Source: Ministeria vibrans ATCC 50519
Lineage: Eukaryota > Protista > Filasterea
Assembly (NCBI GenBank): GCA_943704425.1
Contig: CALSCP010001419.1
Coordinates: 27,870-91,869 of the forward strand
Length of the DNA: 64,000 nucleotides
Direction: 5' to 3'
The translations under genes were made by a program, and so were the position numbers. The notes beneath the pieces were generated by a model. The model was given only the letters and a program-made list of their open reading frames with translations. It made no database searches and had not been told where the DNA came from. Position 1 is the first letter of the stretch. Each line of letters starts with the position of its first letter. Shown one piece after another: positions 35,794 to 48,498 of the stretch.

Positions 35794-36629
35794 TATATAT
35801 ATATATATATATATACACCACTCCTATGATGTGTCACCTCGTCTGTCTCAAGCACTTCGTACAGCTTGACAATGTTTGGGTGCTGCAACAGCTTCAAGTA
35901 GCGGATTTCCCGTCGCAAGTACTTGTAGCGTCGCTCACGCGTCGCCTCCTTTTGATTGTCGATCGAACTCTTCTCAATCACCTTCAGCGCAACCTGTACA
36001 GCAAACAGAAGACGCGTGTCAGTGCCCCAAACACGCCACTCTGTCTCTTCGACGCCAAGCGCATTTCTGTGGCTTCTCGCCCGGCGCGGATAGCTCCTTG
36101 GCCGCACACGTGATACATTGAACCCAATAGACGGTGCGCATAATGCCGTTGAGACGACAAACAAATGGTGCAAGAAAAGGCAAAAATACAAAACAAAAAA
36201 AATATGACGTGACATGTTTGGGAAAACACAGAAAAGGGGACCGGAACTACGCTCGTCGCTGCAGAATACGACCGCCACTTGCCCTCTGAGTACACATCAG
36301 AGGGGATTTTGCCTTGAAATGCGACTCTGACTTTCTTTTTTTTTTTCTCTTCAACAAACTCTCTCTCTCTTCACTCTCTCTCACTCTCTCACCTTTTCGT
36401 TGGTTTCCGCATGCTGTCCAACCTTGACTTCGGCGAAGGAGCCGGCACCGATAGTCTTCAACACCTTGTAGGGACCAACGTAGTCATTGCCTGAGGGGCG
36501 ACACGACGCGGGTTAGGGTTAGGGTTAGGGTTAGGGTCAGGGTAAATTTGGTGCTATGCGTTTTGGACACGTACCACCACTCTTCCATCGAATGGACCCC
36601 TTTGCAGCGGCTCTGTCCTTGTCTGACAT
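33954..36629 (-). CDS. AMPK-related (MARK/SNF1-like) Ser/Thr kinase with UBA-like segment
   Basis: VGPYKVLKTIGAGSFAEVK, VALKVIEK, HRDLKPQN, IIDFG, FIGSPSYAAPE, DVWSLGV; UBA-like LDEEVVDEML..YHLI; ATG 36629, stop 33954-33956. Confidence 0.88.
36510..36542 (+). repeat. Interstitial telomeric repeat GGG(TTAGGG)4TCAGGG inside intron 1 of the kinase gene
   Basis: Read directly from the sequence; it lies within the 84-nt intron 36491-36574. Confidence 0.92.
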
Positions 36630-36793
36630 GATGTGTATTGCGTACAAATAAACTGAAAAATTGGACTTTGATCTTTGTTTATGAACTTCCCTCGAAGAAC
36701 CCTTCACACATTTCAAAATTCACAAATATTCTCAGGTTGACTCTTGAGTATTACATTTGATAACACTTGCGTTGGTGTGGCATTCACGGTGCG

Positions 36794-37643
36794 ATGAAGC
36801 GAGTGCATGCGGATGAGAATGCGGAGGACACGAGGATCGCTCGGCTCGTCGACACGCTCGCCATGGCCTCGGGTGCCGATGGCAATCGGGCCTTGCCTAG
36901 CACCATTGCATTGCCTGTGGATGCAGCCAGCGGAGTAGGCTGCTGTTGCGAAAGGGAACCGAAAATACTCAGCGCATATGTTATTTCATAGGTCTCTGAA
37001 CGACTCCTAACCCTTGCCAAACGAACCCTCAGCCTTCAGACTGCCGTACACCAGATGGACACCACCGCAGAGCCAGTGAAGGTGGGCAATGCGGAGGCGT
37101 TGCGTACTTCGGTAAAATCGAGTGCCAAGCAAGCGAGACGTTTTTGACAATCCTTTCACCCACGCACACACACACACACACACAGGACATTGCCACGGAT
37201 CCCAAGCTACCATTGAGAAGACAACACGTTGAAATGCCCTTGTGGAGACAGGTAAGGAGAGGAGCACCGTCGGTTGCGAAGACACCCAACGAATGCCAAT
37301 GTAGACGGCCCATGCGACACGACATGCTACGGAACGCGCAGCGGAAACCATTGAGCAGCGCAAGCGACAACGTACATCTCAAAGCGGACACAAGGGAGAA
37401 CACCTGGCAGAAGAGGACGACGACGACGACGCCGACGAAGAGGAGGGCAGCAACAGGGGCGCACCCGAGTCGTTCCATGCGCTGTACATGAGCGATGTGA
37501 CTCGGGCGTTTGCAGATGATCTGGATGCGGTGCGTAGTGACCCGTTGTTCACAATGGAGAGCGTTGCGTCGCTGCTCGATGCTCTTCAGGCGGGCATGCG
37601 CATGTGGTCCGAGGACGACCGTCGTCTCTGGCTCCAAATGTAA
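36794..37643 (+). CDS. RSA3 (ribosome assembly protein 3)-domain protein
   Basis: Four-exon model. The last exon encodes an acidic run then FHALYMSDVTRAFADDLDAVRSDPLFTMESVASLLDALQAG, which fits the RSA3 motif. The ORF track does not represent it correctly. Confidence 0.65.
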
Positions 37644-37709
37644 CATAATATACAGACCGGTTTTTATTATTATTATCACACCATCCTCGTGACTCCAAGC
37701 GTGACGCTG

Positions 37710-37741
<32 letters not shown>

Positions 37742-37749
37742 TGAAAAAC

Positions 37750-38920
37750 TCAGAGGGCATCAAGGATATTTGAGCGGTCGACAAGGTTGCGAGCCTGCTG
37801 AACAGTCGTGAAGAGAACTGCGTTGGCGGGCATGGAGCGCATGAGGCAGGGTGTGAGGCCCCGGTAGAAGCGCCGCACGCCCCCCTCGGCGTACAGTGTG
37901 CGCACGGCCGCCAGCCACGACGAGAACGTCCGCTTGCGTGGGTCGGGGTGGTCGCTCATCAGCGCCGACTTGACCACGTCCAGCGGGTAGAAGGGTCCCC
38001 AGTAGAAAAGGCCAGCAAAGCTGCCGCACAGCAGCGTCTGCCACGCGCGCACATCGCTGACGGTTCCGCCTTCGGGGGTCAAGCTCCACAGCAGCGCTTC
38101 GTAGCCCCCAAAGAAAGCGCCATTTGCCGGGATGTTGCGAATCATGGTGCCCGACAGGCCCTGCTGCCACCCCCTCAGCCCATGCGCCCGGTACAGCGAC
38201 CGCGCACAGTCAAATACCCCTCGGTACTTGGGTGCATTCGCATCATTTTGTTGTAGCAACTGGATTTGCATCTTCGTCTTGAACAAATCAATGGCACTCT
38301 CGACAGGCGAGACTACAATCAGACAAATGGCGCACGAGATTGTCAAAAAAACTGATGTGCCTCCCCATTTTCCAATTCCTATTTCCCATTCGACAACACT
38401 CTGCAACGTATCAACATGGGTGGACACGAGAGGGCGCGCCACAAAGCAGGGAGGGGGGGAGGGAGGGGATGCGACGTACTCAAGAAGCCTGTGAGGAAGC
38501 CGGCCAGCATGAATCCCCTGGGCGAATCGCTGAAGAGCGACTTGGACGCCCCATTCGACGTGAACGCCCATGCACGAAAGAACATTTGGCCCGCCATTGG
38601 GCTACACAAAACGCACCGAGAGTGAGTGATGCGATGCGTCTCGCTCAATCACGCGTCAAACCTCGTCGCGCCCTTGTAGAGGCCACGGAGTCCCTCCGTC
38701 CGCACCGTGTGTTGGAAACACTCGCGTAAGCTCTTGTATTGCGTGTTGTACTGTAGTCTGACTTTGAGGGCTGCAGGAGAGGCAGTCGGAGACGGATCAT
38801 CAATTATCATGTGAATGCACCGTCGTGCGCCTTACTGTCAAACGGATGCCCAGCAAGCACAACCGCAACTCCTCCTGCCGTGCCGGCAATGACATTGCGT
38901 GCCGTATTTCTCCACTCCAT
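37750..38920 (-). CDS. Mitochondrial carrier (SLC25; carnitine/basic amino acid carrier-like)
   Basis: GHPFD..KVRLQ, IDLFKTKMQ, YPLDVVKS, RNIPANG, RSMPANA; three carrier repeats. Confidence 0.9.
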
Positions 38921-39191
38921 GCTCGGTAGAGAAGAAAAGTTGTGTGTGAAATTCTGAACTGTGAACTGAGCAAAAGCGAAAGCGCATGTCAGATCTTTCG
39001 AACTGAATGTCCGCTTCGGCTCATACGGGGGCGAAGCAGTCGCTTCGGATGGTTAGATTGTCTTGTACAATGAAGGTTTTGCCCTAGGACTTCCAAAAAA
39101 AAGTACTCCTGTGAGGGTGGAGCAGCGTTATACAATCTATGACTACTCTGTGTGAAACTTTCATTTTTGTGTACTTTTTCACTTTTTTTCA

Positions 39192-42100
39192 ATGGAAATG
39201 GAACACTGGGCCGAGGCCCTGTTCGTTGGCGAACAAGTTGGTTCGCACCCAGTGTCCATCAGCTGTGTCGCTGCGGATGTCTCTGAGGAACTTGTCTGGA
39301 CCGGAAACAGCGCTGTATGTTTTTCCAAACATCAACACAAAAATCTTCTCCTCTCGATATCCCCCTGCTAACGTTCGCCTTCGTTCCCGCCACATCATAC
39401 AGGGACAAATAAATTGCTATTATGCCGACTCGCTTGAGCGCCACATGGCCTGTGTGCCATTTCAGGCGCAACAAAAGAAAGCGCTTGAAGCTTCGCGCTT
39501 CACTGGCGCTCCCCGCGCCTCTGTCGACATTCGTGCGCTCTCTGTCGACGACCAAGTCGCCTTTGCCTCGTCTGCCACTGCAGTTGCCGTCGTCCAGCGG
39601 GGCGGGCTTGTCTCCCAGACGGTCGTTGACGACGCCTTCCAAAATCTCCACTGCCTCGTCCGTTCCACCGCCAACCAACACTCCCTGCTTGTGAGCGGCC
39701 AACAGAAACACATCGTCGCCGTCGACATGAACCGTGGGAAGGTAGGATGCTGCAGATCGCAAGAGGGCGTCACAGCGGGAGGCAGGGACAGGTGAACTAA
39801 CTTGTTTGCCCTCCTTTACCCATCCAGGTGGTCAAACAGTTTGAGGCACCCGATGGTGTTGTTGTGATGAAACAAGCCCGACTTTTGTGTTGCGGTACTC
39901 CCTCGGGACGCATTGATCTGTACGATCAACGTTCAATGCGTATCGAGAACACCATTCAGGCGCACAGTGGGGGTCTGTCGGACATGGACGTCGCTGGTAG
40001 CATGATCGCAACGTGTGGTCTGGTCAGTCGCGGACCGGGCCAGTCCTTCCCTGACCCGTTTGTCAAGACGTGGGACATGCGCATGATGCGTTCACTGCCT
40101 CCCATCCAGCTCAATGGCTCGGCCTTTGTCTCCTTCATGCCCAAGTACTCGTCGCGTCTTTGCATTGCCTCACAATCGGGTCTCTTCTCGTTCGCCTCCA
40201 TCAACGGAACCGCGCCCGCCATGGCTGTTGCCCAAGTAGACGTCCAATCGGGGTTTCTCACCGACATGGCCGTACCAGTGTCCTGCGAAATGGTTCTTTC
40301 CACTGACAGCATGGTAAGCATACGAACGGCGCGCGTTGATATTCGATTGCTGAACCCCTTTTGGCTAGGGCGTCCTGCACGAAACGGTTCCTGTGCCTCT
40401 GTTGGAAAGTGGTGAGATTGCACGTGTCAACATGTTCTCACGACCCACTGCAGTGCCCGACGAGCCTTTTGTGCTCCCGTCGCGTTATGTTGACTTTGAC
40501 GACCTCAACACACCACTCGCAGGTATCGATCGTGTGTGTGACATTTTTTCTCTCTATTAACACATGATTATTATTATTATGATTATTATTATTATTATGT
40601 TGTTGTTGTTGTTGTTGCAATTATTACTTACTTTTTCCTTTTTGCGTGATCGTCTCAGCCGTGGCCATGCCGACGTCACACGAACCGCTTGCCTCGGACT
40701 GGCCGGCCCTGGCATCGGTCGTCGTACGCCGTCCTTCCGTGCCCATCCTTGAGTCCACTCTCCGCTCTATGCGCGTCGTTGACTTTATTGGCTATGCCAC
40801 TGCCCCGCCCGGCGTCAAACGCAATCGCGTATGGAAAAAAAACTTAAAAAAACATAAAACGCTCACTTGCTTGTTATTTTGATACAGATTCCTTACCCAC
40901 TGCGCACTCTCAAGCTCATTCCGGCCACTGAGCTAAAGCAGGCGGCGGCGCGTCGGTCCGACGCTAGCGAACTCATTGGCCACACACCCGTCCCGAAGAT
41001 ATACCGCCGCAAAGAGATCAAGTACAGTCGGTTGGGTCTTGAGGTGCGAAACCCATTGTTCTCCGTGTCGTTTGTTGTCTCCAATGCTTTTTTTTTCTTT
41101 GTTTTTTTTTTTTTTTTTTTTTTTGGGGGGGGGGTCGTGTAGGAGTTTGACTTTGGCAAGTACAACAAGACGAGTTTCCGGGGTCTTGAGCCGCACATCC
41201 AGAACGCTTACTGCAATGCANNNNNNNNNNGGCGAGACAGTCGGCACGACTACGTCGTTTCGACTGTTCACGTGCCGCCGCTTGCTTGGCTGTTCTTTTT
41301 TTTGTGAGACACTCTACCTATTCGGTCTAGCAGTGTATAGTCCTGTTTGGTTGCAGGCCAGGTGTCTGTGCCCGACGAGGCAGCTCCTTCTTGCATGAGG
41401 GGAAAGAGAGAGAGAGACAAGCGAAAATAAAATAATAATTATTATGAGAATTGGAAAAAGTGCTTTTTGATCACTTGTCGTCGTACCGCCCTGGCGACTG
41501 GCAGCGAGACTTGAATAGTGATCATCCTGGTTCATTTGTCCCGTTCCGAGCGCTTCGCCTCCGCTTTTATTGTCAAAACCAAACTCACATTCACAAACCA
41601 AACTCGACCATTGAATATTTTTGATTTTTCAATTTTCTTCATTTTTTTTTCCCTCTTTGTTCATTCATTGAAACCTAATCCGCACACGCACCCACAGTCC
41701 TCACAGTCAGCACCACCAATGAAGTCTTCATTTAAGCAAGAACATCAGTTTGGTACGTCAAAACAGCCCATAAAACAAAAACAAATGTCGACTGAAAAAC
41801 CCCCTGTCTTCGTTTTTGCCCTTGTTCTGCAGAGAAGCGGAAGCTCGAGGCCCAACGCATCCGACAGAAGTACCCCAACCGGATTCCCGTAAGTATCCCC
41901 TGCTCGCCTGCGCCCCACTGGCCCCAGAACATCCCCAAACGGGGGGTCGTGTAGGAGTTTGACTTTGGCAAGTACAACAAGACGAGTTTCCGGGGTCTTG
42001 AGCCGCACATCCAGAACGCTTACTGCAATGCAATTCTGCTTGCGCTCTACCACATTGCACCGGTTGCTGTTCTCTTCCAAGAGCACCTGTGTGACTCCGA

Positions 42101-45058
42101 GTTTTGTCTCAGGTACACTCACACACAACTCATACACATTTTATCTGATTCCTTTGTCTTTTCACTCACTTTGTTTCTTTCTCCCTCCTTGCTCTCTAAC
42201 ACTATGCAACTTTGTTTTTTTCTCCCTGTGTTTGTTTCGGTTCATAGCTGTGAGCTTGGCTTTCTGTTCCATATGCTCGCGGCGCCCCCGTGCCCCGCCG
42301 ACGGTGGTGTGGGCATGTCAGCGCAGGCCAGTAACTTCCTGCGCGCCTTCCGCACCATCCAACAGGCCAATGCTCTAGGCCTCATCATGGCCGACGACTT
42401 CCAGGCTCGCCGTGCCAATATGCCCCGTCTCGTGCCCAACTTTGTTCGCTTCCTTCTTCAGAAACTCCATCAGGTAACAAATGGGAGTTTATGTTTTTTA
42501 TTTGTATTGCAATGCAAAACTACGAGGCGAGTGGTGAGGCGAGTGACTTGCTCACACACTCACTCACTCATCACAGGAAACGACGCCCGCCACTGGAGCT
42601 GAGGAGGCGAGTCTTGCCTTCCGTATCTTTGGCGGCCGCTCCAACTACCAGAGCCGCTGTCAATCGTGCGGCTCGACCGATTCCCGCACCAGTCCTCACT
42701 TTCTCGTTGACATGGTCCTTCCCAGCGTACGTTCCCCTGCACACTCAAAGTCATTCTGATGAAACAAACACGACATATTCGTTTTCTTTTTCTTTCTTTT
42801 CCTGTCTGTTTTTTATTATTATTCTGACAGGATGTCCCTACCAACCAACTGAAGCAGCACACATTTGCCACGATGATGACACAGTCACTGCGGCGCGAGC
42901 AGACTACCAAGGCCTGGTGCCAGCCGTGCGGCAAGTACCAGGTCACAGCGCAACTCAAGACGCTTGTCTGTCTCCCCGACGTCCTTCCTTTGGCCTTTGT
43001 CCTTGATAAGGAGTCGGATCTCAACTTCTGGGCTCAAAAGGTGACGGAGTGATGTGCATGTGTGCGTGTGTGGGTGTATGTGCGTGAATGTGGAAGTAGC
43101 AGTTGAATTTAAATTATTCTCATTTTTAGAACGAGAGTGTTGTTACTGCTCAGCGAGAGCGTCAAGAAGCAGAGCGTAAGACACGATGACAACATTTTTT
43201 TCTTGTACACAATCATCATCATACGTATGTGGTGTGTAGGTCGGGGCAAAAGCAAACGAGTCGGGGTGAGTGCAGCCGGGGGATCACCGCCACCGCCGGA
43301 GACGCACAAGTCGACAAGTCAGACACATGCGAAGAAGAAGAGTGATGCTGTGCACTCGTGGGTACCGCTGGGACTGCGCATTGTGCTGTTTGAACGAGGC
43401 ACGGAAACTGTGGAGGAGTACCACTCTGAGGAGGAAGTGAATGCGGCGGCAGAGCAGGAGCGTGTGCGTGCGAGCGAGGCGGCCACCACTGGTGGCACGG
43501 ACGGCATCAAACAGTGTGTTGTGTACCGGCTCAAGTCGTGTGTGGCAACCGTCAAGGACCACCACTGTGGCGGGAACCTTGTTGAGATTGTGCGTATGGA
43601 CTCGGCGTACCACGAGCGTGCGGGTGTACCCCAGGAGAAGCGGTCCGAGTGGTATCTCTTCAACGTAAGACGAAGTGTAGTAAGAAACCATTACCTCTTA
43701 TTAATCTTTGCGCGCTGTATTTTTCTATTAGGACTTTCTGATCGAACCAGTTTCAGTGCGTGACGCACTGCTCTTTGACGTGACGTGGATTGTGCCGTGT
43801 CTGTTCACGTACGAGCGAGTGGGCATTGCCGATGACCCGCAGTGGGCGCGTGCTCCCCGCTCGCCCATTGACAACACTGTGTTTGGTCGCCCACCCCTCA
43901 ATCCCGCTCGTGCCGTCCTCTCTTGTGTCCCACTTCGTTCTGAGGTAAACGTATATTTATGCAGGGTTGTTGTTGTCTTACTTTTCTGTTTGTGTTTATA
44001 GGAATTTCCGCTTGGTGCTGACAACACGGTAAGAAGAAAAGAGAAGAATGGAATTTTCCTCACGCACATTGGGTTGAATAGGTTGCGATTGACGCTGAGT
44101 TTGTGGCACTGCAACACGAAGATATGGACATCCGCAGCGACGGAACGCGCAACACACTCAAGCTGGCGCAAATGGCGTGTGCGCGTGTGACTGTCTTGCG
44201 TGGCTGGCCCCTTGCGACGGATAACGCCGACTGTGTGCCCTTTGTCGATGACTACATCCACAATAGCGAACAGGTGTGAATCATATTACGTCTTATTGAT
44301 TTGCACTGCTGATATTGATTGATTGTTTGATACTCTAATATTTTCGTTGTGTGTGTTTTTTTTTCTTTGTCTCCTTCTTTTTTTTAAAAAAAAAAGATTG
44401 CGGATTATCTGACCAAGTACAGTGGGATCAGCCCGGGCGGTACGATTGTTTGAACTGTTGTTGCTAGTTTTCCTTTGTCATTCTTTCTCCTTTTTTGACA
44501 TCCACACAGATCTGGACATTAATGTGTCGACAAAGCATGTAACGTCGCTCAAAGACATGTACATCAAACTGCGCTGTCTGGTCGATGCCGGAGTGGTCTT
44601 TGTGGGCCACGGCGTTGCCAAGGTACCCGTTCCTCCCTATAACTCTATCTCTCGCTATGTCTCTTTCATTCTCGAGTGCATAATACTTTGTACCCTTCTT
44701 AGGACTTTCGTGTGATCAACTTGCGAGTGCCCGCAACGCAGGTCAAGGACACGGTGGAACTGTACCGCCTCGGCAAGCGCAAAGTGTCCTTGCGCTTCCT
44801 TGCATGGGCGGTTTTGGGGCTCGACGTGCAGTCAGGCGACCACGACTCCATCGAAGACTCCCGTGCGAGTCTCCTGCTCTACCGCAAGTACCTTGAGCTC
44901 GAGGTACTTTTATACACTTCATAGCGACACACGTTTAATAGACTTACATCCTCTCCCACGCACCCACCCAGCGCGACAACAAACTGACTGCACTGATGAC
45001 GTCCGTGTACGAGCGTGGTCGCAAGCTCAACTGGAGAGCCCCGCACTGGGAAAAATAG
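39192..45058 (+). CDS. PAN2: PAN2 poly(A) nuclease (WD40, pseudo-UCH, DEDD RNase); interrupted by an apparent misassembly at ~41.2-41.95 kb
   Basis: AHSGGLSDMDV, DPFVKTWDMRMMR, KYSRLG|EEFDF..YNKT..GLEPHIQNAYCNA, CELGFLFHML, ASNFLRAFR, WYLFNDF, VAIDAEFV, FVGHG, SLRFLAW, HDSIEDSR. Confidence 0.92.
41318..41396 (-). other. Orphan 5' exon resembling the start of an OSR1/SPAK (STE20) kinase
   Basis: MQEGAASSGTDTWPATKQDYTLLDRIG followed by a GT donor, similar to the W..++DY.L.+.IG start of Fray/OSR1 kinases. The rest is lost at the N-gap. Confidence 0.45.
41719..41888 (+). other. ATG8: 5' fragment (2 exons) of an ATG8/GABARAP gene
   Basis: MKSSFKQEHQF|EKRKLEAQRIRQKYPNRIP then a GTAAGT donor; no downstream ATG8 exons in the window. 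Confidence 0.88.
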
Positions 45059-45173
45059 TTGTACAATTCAAGTTGACTCGCTTCTTGCACTTTCTGTTTT
45101 GTGTTACTCTGGGGGGTGTGAAGAGGTAGAACCTCATCGTATTTCTTTCAGGTAGAACTCCATTTTATTTCTT

Positions 45174-46513
<1,340 letters not shown>

Positions 46514-46588
46514 TGGAATTGTACAAAAAGATGGATTGATTTTTTTGAAAACTTGAATTTTTATTCGTGGCCATATTTATTTTTTGTT

Positions 46589-47323
46589 ATGTTCTCGCCG
46601 ATCTCGCTAGTGGCTCGAGAGCAGAAAATCTCACTGATCATATTGAATATGCCACTGTTGGGCGACAGTGAGATGTTTCAAAGCCTGTGGAAACGAGCGG
46701 AACTTCGCGTGTGCGCTGACGGAGGCGCCAACCGGCTTTTTGGAGCGCTGATGGAACGTGCCAGTGACTATGTGCCGCACGTGATTATCGGCGATCTTGA
46801 CTCGCTGAGCGACGGTGTAAAAGAGTTCTACGTGGAGCGCGGGGCGCATTTGGAGCACGACGAGGACCAGAACGACAACGACTTTGGCAAGGCGGTGCGC
46901 GAAACCATCCGACGGCGTCCCGACCTCGACATTGTAGTGCTGGGGGGCCTGGGCGGCCGCTTCGACCACCTCATGTGCAATGCCAATGTGCTTGTGCGCC
47001 AGGCGGCCGGGACGGGTCCCCGCATCGTCATGTACTCGGCCGAGTCAATCGTGTGTGCGCTCGGGACGGGCGACCATCGTCTTCTCGTCGACTTGCGACG
47101 TGAAGGGGTCACCTGCGGCCTTCTCCCCGTATGTGGACCCACCAAAGTGACCACGACAGGGCTCCAGTGGAACTTGGACGGCGACACGCTCCTCTTTGGC
47201 GGTCTCATCTCCAGCAGTAACTGCGTACTACCCTCAGGCGACAGCCCCACCTCAGTCGTGACCATCGCCTCTAGTCTACCTTTACTATGGTCTTCAACCT
47301 TGCACGAGTCGCCTTCTTCCTAA
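46589..47323 (+). CDS. TPK1: Thiamine pyrophosphokinase
   Basis: CADGGAN, IGDLDS, DQNDNDFGKA, GGLGGRFDH, TTGLQWNL, FGGLISSSN. Confidence 0.93.
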   Translation: MFSPISLVAREQKISLIILNMPLLGDSEMFQSLWKRAELRVCADGGANRLFGALMERASDYVPHVIIGDLDSLSDGVKEFYVERGAHLEHDEDQNDNDFGKAVRETIRRRPDLDIVVLGGLGGRFDHLMCNANVLVRQAAGTGPRIVMYSAESIVCALGTGDHRLLVDLRREGVTCGLLPVCGPTKVTTTGLQWNLDGDTLLFGGLISSSNCVLPSGDSPTSVVTIASSLPLLWSSTLHESPSS

Positions 47324-47533
47324 CCAAACGACAGCAAACGTGTGCGTCTGTAACAAAGTCATCGTATGTATACAGTCATTAGAGCTTTTGTACCCTTTAT
47401 TCAAGACTCCGGCTCGAGTCAACACTGAGTCAAATCAGGCGAACAAACGAATAGTCAATAGTGAGAAAGAAAACTGATCAGATTTTCTTTTTTGTTGGCG
47501 TTCATCTCTCACTGTCTGTTGTAACTCATCTAC

Positions 47534-48329
47534 ATGGACAGCCTCAACGGCCTCCCCGCACGCGAGCATTCGGAATCGGTCGACGATGACTTTGATCGCG
47601 TTGCACCCGACACCTTCCAACTGGGCGACTCCTCCATGACCCTCAGGGAGCGCTGCTCCAACTCGTCCGCCCGCATCCTCCACTCGCGACTGTACGTCGT
47701 CGTCATCATCGCCACCCTCGTCCTCTCCTTTGTCTCGCTCGTGTGGACCCTCGCCAAGTCGCTGCCAACCACCGCCGCGTTTCTCGTGCTCGAGCTCTTC
47801 ATCCTCGGCGTCATCACCTTCGAGGTCTCTGTAGGCTGGTCGGCCGCCGGCACCAAGGTACCGCGGGGTGAGGAGTGCCAGGCGCCCCCCTTCCGCATCC
47901 TCTGACACGTCCGCTGCCGTAGAAATACCTCTCCAAGTGGGGCGCTCGATTCGACGTTGGCATTCTCATCTTGTGCTTTGTGTCGTTCGCTCTTCTGCTG
48001 CGCGAATGGGCGCACGCTCGCTCACGAAGCGAAGAAGTCGAGGTAACGCCATGCCCCTGCACTCGTTTACCACTCATTCCCCTCCCTGCTGTGTCTTCGT
48101 AGCAAGTGGCGTCTGTGTCGCTCATAATCATTCGCAGTCTTGTCCAATTGTTGCGTGTCATTCTCATCATTCGAAAGTACCAAGACACGCCTGTCCCGGT
48201 ACTCCCCGCCCTCATCCTCCATATTCTCTTTCTTCTTTTTTTAGCCATCGTCGACGAAGAGCCGTCTCAGGCGGAATTGACTTTGCCACTGTCCCTTTAA
48301 GTGCGCTCAACGACGAAATGGACGAATAA
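47534..48329 (+). CDS. Stand-alone four-TM voltage-sensor-like membrane protein
   Basis: Four exons: S1 YVVVIIATLVLSFVSLVW; S2 LELFILGVITFEV; S3 KWGARFDVGILIL; S4 IIRSLVQLLRVILIIR; no pore domain. Confidence 0.65.
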
Positions 48330-48498
48330 TACCCACTCCCACTGTTCTATATCCCCCCCCATTCGACCAACCTCCCNNNNNNNNNNCCCCCCCTCTTCTC
48401 CCCCTGTACCTTCACACACGCTCTGTATCGTATTTGTGTTTTTTTTAAAAAACCAGAATGGAATATTTATAATAGTTAATAATTTAATTATTACTCTC

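Noticed and set aside
46514-47430. TPP riboswitch associated with TPK1
   Set aside because: I saw no CTGAGA..ACCTGAT..GCGxAGG arrangement in the flanks, and the CTGAGA at ~52802 lacks the rest of the motif.
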